Positions 21,669 through 33,678 of a stretch of 64,000 bases of DNA are shown one piece after another. Every line of letters begins with the position of its first letter. Within the stretch, counting starts at the first letter, position 1. The position numbers were made by a program, and so were the translations under genes. The notes beneath the pieces are model-generated. The model had not been told where the DNA came from and ran no database searches. It saw nothing but the letters and a program-made list of their open reading frames with translations. Source of the DNA: Octopus sinensis (Eukaryota); contig NC_042997.1 of the NCBI RefSeq assembly GCF_006345805.1, positions 208,010,001 to 208,074,000 on the forward strand, in the 5' to 3' direction.

Positions 21669-24313
21669 AGATCAGTAAATGGTGGGGTTGTGTTGACCGC
21701 ACGTGGAGAAATGATAAGTAAGGAAAAATTTTTTTAAAAATGCAGAATGCTCAAATGAAAGAAAATTTTAATAAAATGAGAAATTGATAAAATATATAAA
21801 TATATATTTATTCAACCGGTTTTCGTCATTGTATGACTTGTCAAGAATATTTATGTTTTAAAAAGTTTTTTAAAAATTAGAAAGGGGAAAAAAAGAAAAT
21901 TGCATTGTTTTTTGTAAAAGAATAATGATAAAAATGTACAAAAATTAAAAAATAAGTTCTCCGATACATTGTGAGTTCGTTGTGTATCTTGAGTTTTATG
22001 GTTGTTTACGAAAAAAAAAATTACTGAGGTGTTAAGATCCAAAGGGATTAAGAGCATGGTTGTGTTGTTAAATTCAGCATGTTTGCAGGACAGGAAGTAG
22101 TAGTAATTGTGGTCCTGGTTCTTCAGTTCCTGTGTTGTGAGTAAGGGGAGACAACTTTTGAGTTCTTCAATAAAACCCAAATTATAAAATTATCATTAGC
22201 TTCATTTGCGTTATCTTTTTTATATAATTGCTTGTTAACTTAACTTTCAGATTTTAACACTTTATTTATTATTTTCTAATATATAAATCTGCATAGACAA
22301 TTGCATTTCAAATTGTCATATATCATTTATAATAAAAATGATAGTAATAACAACAATAGTAAAAATGATACTTAAAGAATATAAGTTTTAGCTTGAAGTG
22401 ATGAATGCATGGTATCTTTATATATTTGTGTTAGTCCATCCATGAAGAGTGAGGTAGAGAAAGGAAGTTTGATCAACGAGGAATTTGCATATTAAGTTGT
22501 GTTTGGAATTTTTCAATAAAGAGATTCTCCTTGTTAATTCTCTCCTGTGTGGTGATCCCGTCTTTACATTGGTAGAAGGGGAATATATAGAATTTGGGGT
22601 TTAAGTCTTTAGCACATGAGTCTAAGTGGTCACTCAGTGGAATTTGTCGGTATTCCGGGAGATTTATTTGTTCTTTATGCACCGTTACTCGTTTACGTAA
22701 TGGGAGACTCGTTTGTCCAACATAATTATGTGGCAACCAGCGCATGTGAGAACGTAGATAAGGTTCTCGGAGGAACAGGAGAAGTTAGTCTTGATTTTAA
22801 ACTTCGTACCTTGTTTGAAGGTAATTCAGAGCCTTCAAGTAGAAAGGGGCAGGTACCACATTTGAGCGTGCACATTTTTTTACTGTTGGGGGTGGATGTG
22901 GTGCGTGAAGTTTGGCATTTGTCAAGAGTTTTTTAAAGATTTGTGTTGCCTTTTGCATTTGAGGATTTTGTGTGTATTTATAATGTTTTTCATTTTTGGG
23001 TCTGTTGACAGTAGACAGACTGAGGTTTTGTATGATTGTGGTGTATGCTTCGATATTTTTTGGGGGTGTGGGTGGAAATGTATGGAAGTATTTTGAGGTT
23101 GTGTGTGTGTTTTAGGTTGGGTGGTTTTCAGTGTAGTGTTGTCTAGTTCTTTGGCGCTTTTATTTTCCATACTCTATAAGGGTGGAGGGATATTGACGTT
23201 GTAATAGTGTTTTTTGAGGTCTTGAAGGCGTAATATCTCGTGTTTTTGGATCCGAGACAATGTGCATACCCTTTTAGCTAAATTGAAAGGGATATTTGTC
23301 TTGTGTGTTTTGGGTGGCATGAACTAAAGAGGAGGTATTGTTGTTGAGTCTGTAGGTTTGTGGTAGATGTCTGTTATGATTTGGTTCGTAGGTGTTTTAT
23401 AATTAGGAGATCAAGGAATAGGAGATGATGTTTGCTTAATTCCATAGTGAATTGGATGTTGGGATGTATGTTGTTTAGTATGGTTTTGAATTCCAGGAGT
23501 TTTTCATAAGGTTCTTTCCATATGATGAAACAATCATCTAAATACCTTTTCCAGTTTTCCATTAGGTAGGTGTGGAAAACATGTCCAAATTTCTGGCTTG
23601 ATATTTCATAGAGTGACAGTTCGAAGTAACCCATTATGAGGTTCGCAAGGACTGGTGCAGCCTTGGTACCCATCGCAATGCCACATTTTTGACGGTAGTG
23701 TGTGTCGTCGAAGAGAAAAAATTGTTTGTCAGAATGAACTTGAGAGATTCTGTAATAAAAGACTTGTTAATGCGGTCAGGGAATGTCTCTGGGTGTTTTT
23801 CTAGCCAGAAGTCAATTGCCTCTATACCATACTCATGTGGAATGTTGGTGTAGAGGTTGATGACATCAAAGGATACCAGGAGTGCCTCCTCGTTAACTGT
23901 TTTCGGGAGGTGTTTGAGCATGTCCAGATCAACCCTAATGAAACTTTTGATGTGGGTAAGGAAAGGTTTCAAAAGGATGTCTAGGAAGTTACTCAGGCGG
24001 TGTGTTTCACAGGAGGTACCAGCCACGATGGGCCTTAGTTTTAGGTCCTCCGGTGCTTTGATGTTGATGTGGATGTCAGTGGAGAGTTTGCAGGCTTCGG
24101 TGATGTATTTGTTTTTATGGATTTTAGGAAGGCCATAAAAAAGGCTGGGCTTGCATTTGAAAATGGTGATATAATCCCTTTCTTTTCTGTGAGTCCCTGA
24201 CCGTGTTGGCGTATGAGTGTGGTGAGGTTTCTGATTGTTTTTTGCTGTTTGTAGTTGTTAATAACCTCATAGAAAATGTTATTGTTAAGCATGGAAAACA
24301 CTAGGTGTTTATA
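21669..24313 (-). mobile_element. Penelope-like element P1, inverted 5'-truncated arm (RT C-part, GIY-YIG, pseudo-LTR)
   Basis: Reverse complement of 26975-29572 extended to ttactgatct; FYGLPKIHK, FDVINLYTNI, WKRYLDD, HNYVGQT. Confidence 0.95.
21809..21849 (-). ncRNA. Minimal hammerhead-like motif (U3-A8 core) in the P1 pseudo-LTR, copy 1
   Basis: tattc-UUGACAA-gtcat aca atgac-GAAAA-ccgg-UU-gaata. Confidence 0.6.
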
Positions 24314-24846
24314 TTCTTTAAGTATCATTTTTACTATTGTTGTTATTACTATCATTTTTATTATAAATGATATGACAATTTGAAATGCAATTGTCTATGC
24401 AGATTTATATATTAGAAAATAATATAAATAAAGTGTTAAAATCTGAAAGTTAAGTTAACAAGCAATTATATAAAAAAGATAACGCAAATGAAGCTAAAAT
24501 GATAATTTTATAATTTGGGTTTTATTGAAGAACTCAAAAGAGTTGTCTCCCCTTACTCACAACACAGGAACTGAAGAACCAGGACCACAATTACTACTAC
24601 TTCCTGTCCTGCAAACATGCTGAATTTAACAACACAACACATGCTCTTAATCCCTTTGGATCTTAACACCTCAAGGTAATTTTTTTGTAAACAACCATAA
24701 AACTCAAGATACACAACGAACTCACAATGTATCGGAGAACTTATTTTTTAATTTTTGTACATTTTTATCATTATTCTTTTACAAAAAACAATGCAATTTT
24801 CTTTTTTTCCCCTTTCTATTTAAAAAAAAACTTTTTAAAACATAAA

Positions 24847-24887
24847 TATTCTTGACAAGTCATACAATGACGAAAACCGGTTGAATA
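24847..24887 (+). ncRNA. Minimal hammerhead-like motif (U3-A8 core), P1 copy 2
   Basis: Identical to copy 1; lies upstream of the ORF. Confidence 0.6.
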
Positions 24888-25054
24888 AATATATATTTAT
24901 ATATTTTATCAATTTTCATTTATTATAAAATTTTCTTTCATTTGAGCATTCTGCATTTTTAAAAAAATTTTTCCTTACTTATCATTTCTCCACGTGCGGT
25001 CAACACACCCCACCATTTACTGATCTGTACCTTCTACCACACGTGTGATTCAGA

Positions 25055-28000
25055 ATGCCTCCGAAAAAACAGAGAGCACTTTACAGAGACAGTCACCAAT
25101 AAGACCGTCTAAAAGAACTCAAAGTACTCAATACACATCTATTACATTCTCCAAAAAAATTGACGAACTTCTCCATCAATCCCGGGACAACTCAGAAAAC
25201 AACCATCATCAACAACTTCGGATAAAATTGATGTAAACCTAAACGAAATCAACACTACACTGAAAACTCTACTTTCGGATAAGATAGATGTAAACCTAAA
25301 TGAAATCAACACTACACTGAAAACTCTACTTACCAATTCAACGCCAAGAGACCTCAGACACCACTCAACACACAGAAGGAACACACTTCAACCCCAGCAC
25401 AACGCATTATAAAAACCAGATCATCACTACTTGGACTAAGAAACTACACAACAGAAAACTTCTCTTCTGGAACATGCTCAAAAACCAAACAAAGCTGAAA
25501 TTTACGACAAATGGTTAAACTCCTCCCCTATCATACTACCCCGAAAATTCCAAATCAACACACATCCCAGACGAACCTGAAAAACAACGCTCCTAAGAGA
25601 AAAACTAACATTGGAAAAAATGAAAACCGAAGTAAGAACTTCTAAAACTCAGAGCACAAAACCACGAACAAAAATACACAAAAATAGACGATGAGATACT
25701 TCTAGAACTAACCTCACACACCAACGAACAGCCCCTCGAACTTGTTATTAAACTATGGAAAGATGAATGTGAAAAGGAAGAACGAACCTCCCTCAAACGC
25801 TGGGAAACAACAAAGATTTCTTCCTCAACTATGAAACACAATTCATATTAAACCATAAATCCAAAAACCCATTCATAAAAGTACCCACAACACAGACTTC
25901 CACTGTACCCCATAAACACCATTCCAAACCGCACCTCAAATACTCATACTCTCCAAACCCCCTCCTAACAGGACACAACCTCCCCCAACCATATAAAAAA
26001 ACCTTCCCCCCCCCGAAACATCTCAAACAAGACCCACCACAAAACTGGTTTTCCAATCACTCTAACACCCTACCCCACCGATTAGAACCTTCAAGAACCT
26101 CCCATACACTAGAAATATCCCCCTCAAGGCTCCCTCCCTCACACTAATAACAAACAAGGCATCCTACCACCCACCGATACATATAATACCCACCCAACGA
26201 ACCCCCTATAGTCCACCCATCCAACAACCACATTCCTACCACATCTCCTACAGATCTCCAAACCCTCACATCCCACACGAACCCAATCACCACAACTACA
26301 TACCCCCCTACATCCCCCCATACAATCTACCAGACACACACCCACAAACCCATCGCATTTCTCACAAATCCTTACACCATCGCATCCCATACCAACACAA
26401 ATACGACAACTACCTCCCCCTCCAACCTCCCCACCCAAAAACACTCCTACACATACAACCAGAACTTTAACAAAGAATAACACCCCTTACCTCAACAACC
26501 ATTTTTAGACAGAGGGGAAAAATACAAACACCACCGCTAACACAGACCCAAAATAAGAAAACAAAAATTATAAACCTCTCCAGCAAAACACTGACACCAA
26601 CCCAAATCAACATCCTAGCAAGAGGTTTGAAATTCACACCCACCCCAAGAACACCCAACGCCCCGGAGGTCAAGGATGACGTTTCTGAATTCTGCAAAAC
26701 TTCGCCTAACAGAAGCTTGACAGATATCAACAATGGGGACGATTCATTGATCAGAAATAAAAGCAACTTCCTACCACCAAAAGGGAGAAATAAAACACTG
26801 GACGATTTCTGAAAAACACATCCAGAGTCTCCCCTTTACCCCAAGCAAAACCAAGGTAAAATCCATTTCAGTAAGGAAGAATGGGAAAACCTACGTGACA
26901 TACAACTGGATAAAAACCTCACCATCAAAGAAGCGGACAAAGGGAGTGCTGTGGTCCTTCTGGACATGGAATTTTATAAACACCTAGTGTTTTCCATGCT
27001 TAACAATAACATTTTCTATGACTTTATTAACACAATACAAACAGCAAAAAACAATCAGAAACCTCACCACACTCATACGCCAACACGGTCAGGGACTCAC
27101 AGAAAAAGAAAGGGATTATATCACCATTTTCAAATGCAAGCCCAGCCTTTTTTATGGCCTTCCTAAAATCCATAAAAAAAAATACATCACCGAAGCCTGC
27201 AAACTCTCCACTGACATCCACATCAACATCAAAGCACCGGAGGACCTAAAACTAAGGCCATCGTGGCTGGTACCTCCTGTGAAACACACCGCCTGAGTAA
27301 CTTCCTAGACATCCTTTTGAAACCTTCCTTACCCACATCAAAAGTTCATTAGGGTTGATCTGGACATGCTCAAACACCTCCCCGAAAACAGTTAACGAGG
27401 AGGCACTCCTGGTATCCTTTGATGTCATCAACCTCTACACCAACATTCCACATGAGTATGGTATAGAGGCAATTGACTTCTGGCTAGAAAAACACCCAGA
27501 GACATTCCCTGACCGCATTAACAAGTCTTTTATTACAGAATCTCTCAAGTCATTCTGACACAAACTTTTTTCTCTTCGACGACACACACTACCGTCAAAA
27601 ATGTGGCATTGCGATGGGTACCAAGGCTGCACCAGTCCTTGCGAACCTCATAATGGGTTACTTCGAACTGTCACTCTATGAAATATCAAGCCAGAAATTT
27701 GGACATGTTTTCCACACCTACCTAATGGAAAACTGGAAAAGGTGTTTAGATGATTGTTTCATCATATGGAAAGAACCTTATGAAAAAACTCCTGGAATTC
27801 AAAACCATACTAAACAACATACATCCCAACATCCAATTCACTATGGAATTAAGCAAACATCATCTCCCATTCCTTGATCTCCTAATTATAAAACACCTAA
27901 GAACCAAATCATAACAGACATCTACCACAAACCTACAGACTCACAACAATACCTCCTCTTTAGTTCATGCCACCCAAAACACACCAAGACAAATATCCCT

Positions 28001-28814
28001 TTCAATTTAGCTAAAAGGGTATGCACCATTGTCTCGGATCCAAAAACACGAGAAATACGCCTTCAAGACCTCAAAAAAACACTATTACAACGTCAATATC
28101 CCTCCACCCTTATAGAGTATGGAATAAAACGTGCCAAAGAACTAGACAACACTACACTGAAAACCACCCAAACCTAACACCACACACAACCTCAAAATAC
28201 TTCCATACATTTCCACCCACAACCCCAAAAATATCGAAGCATACACCACAATCATACAAAACCTCAGTCTACTGTCAACAGACCCAAAAATGAAAAACAT
28301 TATAAATACACACAAAATCCTCAAATGCAAAAAGCACACACAAATCTTAAAAAAACTCTTGACAAATGCCAAACTTCACACACCACATCCACCCCCAACA
28401 GTAAAAAAATGTGCACGCTCAAACTGTGGTACCTGCCCCTTTCTACTTGAAGGCTCTGAATTTACCTTCAAACAAGTACGAAGTTTAAAATCAAGACTAA
28501 CTTCTCCTGTTCCTCCGAGAACCTTATCTACGTTCTCACATGCGCTGGTTGCCAACATAATTATGTTGGACAAACGAGTCTCCCGTTACGTAAACGAGTA
28601 ACGGTGCATAAAGAACAAATAAATCTCCCGAAATACCGACAAATTCCACTGAGTGACCACTTAGACTCATGTGCTAAAGACTTAAAAACCCCAAATTCTA
28701 TATATTCCCTTCTACCAATGTAAAGACGGGATCACCACACAGGAGAGAATTAACAAGGAGAATCTCTTTATTGAAAAATTCCAAACACAACTTAATATGC
28801 AAATTCCTCGTTGA
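25055..28814 (+). pseudogene. PLE RT-GIY-YIG polyprotein, frameshifted as assembled
   Basis: Probable start MPPKKQR at 25055; KEADKG, FYGLPKIHK, FDVINLYTNIPH, GIAMGTKAAP, LDDCFIIW, CARSNCGTC, NLIYVLTCAGC, YVGQT...R...H; stop TGA at 28812-28814. Confidence 0.85.
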
Positions 28815-29439
28815 TCAAACTTCCTTTCTCTACCTCACTCTTCATGGATGGACTAACACAAATATATAAATACCATGCATTCATCACTTCAAGCTAAAAC
28901 TTATATTCTTTAAGTATCATTTTTACTATTGTTGTTATTACTATCATTTTTATTATAAATGATATGACAATTTGAAATGCAATTGTCTATGCAGATTTAT
29001 ATAATTAGAAAATAATATAAATAAAGTGTTAAAATCTGAAAGTTAGTTAACAAGCAATTATATAAAAAAGATAACGCAAATGAAGCTAAAATGATAATTT
29101 TATAATTTGGGTTTTATTGAAGAACTCAAAAGAGTTGTCTCCCCTTACTCACAACACAGGAACTGAAGAACCAGGACCACAATTACTACTACTTCCTGTC
29201 CTGCAAACATGCTGAATTTAACAACACAACACATGCTCTTAATCCCTTTGGATCTTAACACCTCAAGGTAATTTTTTCGTAAACAACCATAAAACTCAAG
29301 ATACACAACGAACTCACAATGTATCGGAGAACTTATTTTTTAATTTTTGTACATTTTTATCATTATTCTTTTACAAAAAACATGCAATTTTCTTTTTTTC
29401 CCCTTTCTAATTTTTAAAAAAAACTTTTAAAAACATAAA

Positions 29440-29480
29440 TATTCTTGACAAGTCATACAATGACGAAAACCGGTTGAATA
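29440..29480 (+). ncRNA. Minimal hammerhead-like motif (U3-A8 core), P1 copy 3
   Basis: Identical to copies 1 and 2; in the 3' pseudo-LTR. Confidence 0.6.
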
Positions 29481-29571
29481 AATATATATTTATATATTTT
29501 ATCAATTTCTCATTTTATTAAAATTTTCTTTCATTTGAGCATTCTGCATTTTTAAAAAAATTTTTCCTTAC

Positions 29572-29604
<33 letters not shown>

Positions 29605-29625
29605 ATATATATATATATTATATAT

Positions 29626-29676
<51 letters not shown>

Positions 29677-29815
29677 TATACATGTACATATGTATGTATA
29701 TATGTATATATGGACAGGTATATGGGATGTACATGCATGTAAGTCTGCATGTGTATATAATATATATATATATATATATTTGTGTGTGTGTGTATATATA
29801 TATATCATTAATCAA
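29572..29815. repeat. (TA)n/(TG)n microsatellite
   Basis: Direct reading. Confidence 0.97.
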
Positions 29816-29973
29816 ATATATTCAATGTGAATATAATATACAGAATTCTAATAAATGCTCTTGGCAGGGAAATGTCTAAAACATTAAAAGTATTTTGACA
29901 TTTAATAAGACTGATTATATATTATATTACAAATTATAATTTTCCTGCTCTTATAATATAATCTATATATGTA

Positions 29974-30390
29974 TCTATATATATAAAACTGAGAACGTGT
30001 GTCTGTCTGTCTGTGTGAATCCCTAAAATTTGATAACTACACAACCAATTTCATTCAAATTTTACACATGCCTTACTTAGGGTCCATGTAGTGTCATGGG
30101 CAAAAACATTTTTAACTTCTTGCCTAGGATGAGGCCATAGCAATATCATATCTTCTCTACTATTTCAATATTATGTGTCAAAAGTGAAACAAAAACATAT
30201 CTATACTGTAATGTCAGATACTTTCACTTTAATACTGAAACTATTAAAGTCAAACTATTATATAAGAGGGATGAACCATTAACAGTGGACATCAATTTTG
30301 CTAGAAGATTCGCTATGATCTTATATGCTACACCACTGGTTTTCAATTCATATTAACGAAATTTATATTCAATTTTTCACCATTATTATT
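29974..30390 (+). mobile_element. Helitron 5'-terminal fragment
   Basis: a|TCtatatatataaaactgagaa...ccaatttcattcaaattttacacatgcc matches the 5' end of the Helitron at 58712-58320 (minus). Confidence 0.75.
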
Positions 30391-30490
30391 TTAGGGTGAA
30401 TACTTGATAATTGTAAGCACCTGTATATACCATTTGGTGGTGCAGGTGGTAGAGTATATTAATCAAAATAAAAACATGATGCCAAAGATT

Positions 30491-30571
30491 CAGCGGTACA
30501 TATGTTTCGGGCCTTTATTAGACGGATTTATAACAATGCATAATGTGTGTCTATAGCCTTCTTCAGCCGTG
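30491..30571 (-). ncRNA. Type I hammerhead ribozyme candidate with long stem II, in a PLE-like 3' relic (about 30470-31050, minus)
   Basis: Minus strand cacgg-CUGAAGA-aggc tatagac...gtcta ataaag gccc-GAAA-catatg-UA-ccgctg; A.C mismatch at the base of stem II. Confidence 0.65.
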
Positions 30572-31084
30572 CACAATTACTGCTTCAAGGACATGTATTA
30601 CATCATAAATTCTACATTGGGGATGCAAATCCTCACAGTTGCGTATGACAGAGTGAGGCACCAGCACAAAAATGAAGTGTCCATCCCGTCTTTCACTCAA
30701 TGTAGAATGAGGAAGTTTGGATGTTGAGGTAATATAAATAAATAAATAAATATATAAATACACACAGACGTGAAAAACCTGGTAATATAAATAAATAAAG
30801 ATAAAGATAAAGGAGCGAGGATTAAGGACGAAAGATAAAAAAATATAAAAAATAAAAAAAATTTAAAATATAAAAAATATAAAAGGATATAAAAAAAAAT
30901 AAGGATAAGGGATATAAAGTGGTTAAGAACTAACAAGGTGGTCAGAAAGATGACATATTCTGGTTGTAGAAGCCTACGGGTGTAGCGGCAGGTGTCATAA
31001 ATCAACTAGAAAGTCTGGAGACCCAGTATATGGTTAATTAGGGTTGTCTGCTTTGTGGCTAAACCGTTTATCTATTTCCCCGTA

Positions 31085-31570
31085 AACTGTCTAGTGGTCA
31101 ACATGTACATACGTACACGCATACATATACACACGTATACATACATACGTACTCTCGTGTAAAAATATATCGGCAGGGGTGCGCATATACATCCGTCCTG
31201 CCACATACGTATATCTAAGCTGCCTCTGCACATGCACTCGTATACACACAAATACATACTCACGCGTACATATGTAAATCTCGCCCGTCTACCCACCCAC
31301 ATACGTAAATATCTCAATATACACATACATACGGAAAAGGTGCATGTAGTTGGGTACAAGAACTGACGCGCATACGTACGTATACACATACACATACATG
31401 CGCACATACAGACACACTCACACACACTCATACACAATGAGGAATTAAATCTCTATGCTTATGGACAAAGATATGCATACACCCACACTCACACCCACAC
31501 CCACACACATGGGGGAGTAAATCCCTATGCATATACACAAAAATATGCATATATGCATCTGCACAGACAC
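31085..31570. repeat. Degenerate (CA/TA)-rich low-complexity sequence
   Basis: Direct reading. Confidence 0.85.
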
Positions 31571-32902
31571 AGGTGTAACGAGTAGATGCATTCCCGCACA
31601 CAGGCAAGATGGACCTACATGTTCTAAATGTCTGTCTTGGAGTGGCGTGATGGTTGCAAACCATTGTAATAACATTATAAGTGGGTAGGGTAATTAGCAG
31701 GTTACAGGGGTGTATGGGTAAATCAGAAAAGAGACAAAGGCCCTCTTGTATACACAAACTAACCGATACTTTCAAATACTACAAAGCTTAGGCTATTATA
31801 CCTACTCCCCCATGCAATATCCTCCCATCCAAGTACAACTTGTCAGCTCCAGCACATCCTGTTTTTTTTCCTATATATTTTTTTCCTATATATTTTTTCC
31901 TATATATATATTTAATGTAAAGTGTACTAGCCATCTGAATGTGGCTAGCCACTGGGGGTGGGGTGTTACTGACGCTTTTAGCCCCAGGAGATCGACGTCT
32001 CCAGCTGGCCTTAGACACAATTTCAGTGCCCTTGTGTTATTTGCAAAGGGAGGTCATCCTCCCTCGAAAACCTAAGTGATACATACGGACTATAGTTTCA
32101 AGGTTTTTGCCTCTCGTCAATGTATGGTAAACACCGATTTTCAATGAAGGAGACCTTTGCAAATAATATTTAACGTCTTTCCCAGCAACCACAGTCACTG
32201 ATTTAGAAAAACTGTCTGAAAGCTTATATATATATTGTTTCCTATATATATATATATTTTTTTCCCTATATCTATATCTTTTTCCATTTCTAACTTTGAT
32301 GTTGAGCGCACACCCCCGAACCCCGCTTCCCACCCTTTCACTTATGACTACTCCGTAATTTCCCCTCCTCTCTGCCTCAGTTACCCTACCCTTCCCTGGG
32401 TGGTCACCTTTTAACACACACCTGTACTTTTACCTTTACAATCACCTTTTAATTTTACCTTCATTTCTTGTTAATCTTTACTGAATTACCTTTATGTTTT
32501 ATTTCATTTTTTATTTTTTATATTTTTTTATTTTTATTTCTAATTTTTAACTTTATCCTTATTTTTACTTCTATTTTTACCTCTATTTTATCATTTTTTG
32601 TCTCTATGTATGTCTACTTTTAGTTCTATTTCCTTATATGTTTATTTACGTATATGTATGTATATGTGTATATGTGTGTATGTATGAATATGTATGTGTG
32701 TGTATGTGTGTATGCCTTATATATATATATATATATATGTAAGTCTGTGTATGTATAAGTATATGTATATACATATATAGACACATATATATGCGTGTGC
32801 GTGTGGGTGTGTGTGTGCATGTGTATATATATATGTGTATGTATATATATATATGTACATATATATACGTGTATGTGTATATGTGTATATATATATATAT
32901 AT

Positions 32903-33040
32903 CATCATCATCATCGTTTAACGTCCGGTTTCCATGCTAGCATGGGTTGGACGGTTCAACTGGGGTCTGGCAAGCCTGAAGGCTGCACCAGGCCAGTCAG
33001 ATCTGGCAGTGTTTCTACAGCTGGATGCCCTTCCTAACGC

Positions 33041-33041
<1 letters not shown>
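32903..33041 (-). mobile_element. Short 3' fragment of the RTE LINE, flanked by (TA)n on both sides
   Basis: (TA)n-(cat)n cgtttaacgtcc...gcccttcctaacgcc-(TA)n; matches 48470-48610 in reverse. Confidence 0.9.
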
Positions 33042-33138
<97 letters not shown>

Positions 33139-33409
33139 TATATATATATTCTATTATACTTCCTTACTCTCAGGTTTTTCACTTCCAAGTTTTTTGCACC
33201 TTCAGGTTTTTTACTTTCATGTCTACCTTTTGTGCCCATTATAATTCTGTAACCTCCACTCGTTCTAGCCAGTCCTCAATTTAATGTCCCTATTTTATCT
33301 TTATCTTTGTTTTCTATTTTTCATTTTTTAAATTTGCATTCTTATTTTATTTTCTTTAATTCTCATTTTTATTTTTATTATTATTTTTTACTTTTGTTTT
33401 TACTTTATA

Positions 33410-33678
33410 TTGATTAATATATATATATATATAGATAGATAGATAAATGGATAGATAGATGTATACATATAGATGTATACATATAGATGTATATATATGG
33501 ATGTATATATATATGTATATATATATACATGTATGTGAATACATGTATATATGTAGAAGTATATGTATGCATGTATATATAAAGATGTACATGAATACAT
33601 GTATATATATATAGAGATATATGTATACATGTATATGTATACATGTATGTGTAGATGTATATATATATATATATATAT
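33410..33678. repeat. (TA)/(TAGA)/(TG) compound microsatellite
   Basis: Direct reading. Confidence 0.95.

Larger units (their letters stand above)
24309..29572 (+). mobile_element. Penelope-like element P1, full unit with 5' (24309-~25027) and 3' (~28900-29572) pseudo-LTRs
   Basis: Near-identical direct repeats of about 0.7 kb flank an RT + GIY-YIG ORF; the right end abuts (TA)n. Confidence 0.95.

Noticed and set aside
21851-22180. 109-aa ORF in the P1 pseudo-LTR as a real peptide
   Set aside because: The frame is not preserved in the other two pseudo-LTR copies (small indels) and there is no known motif.
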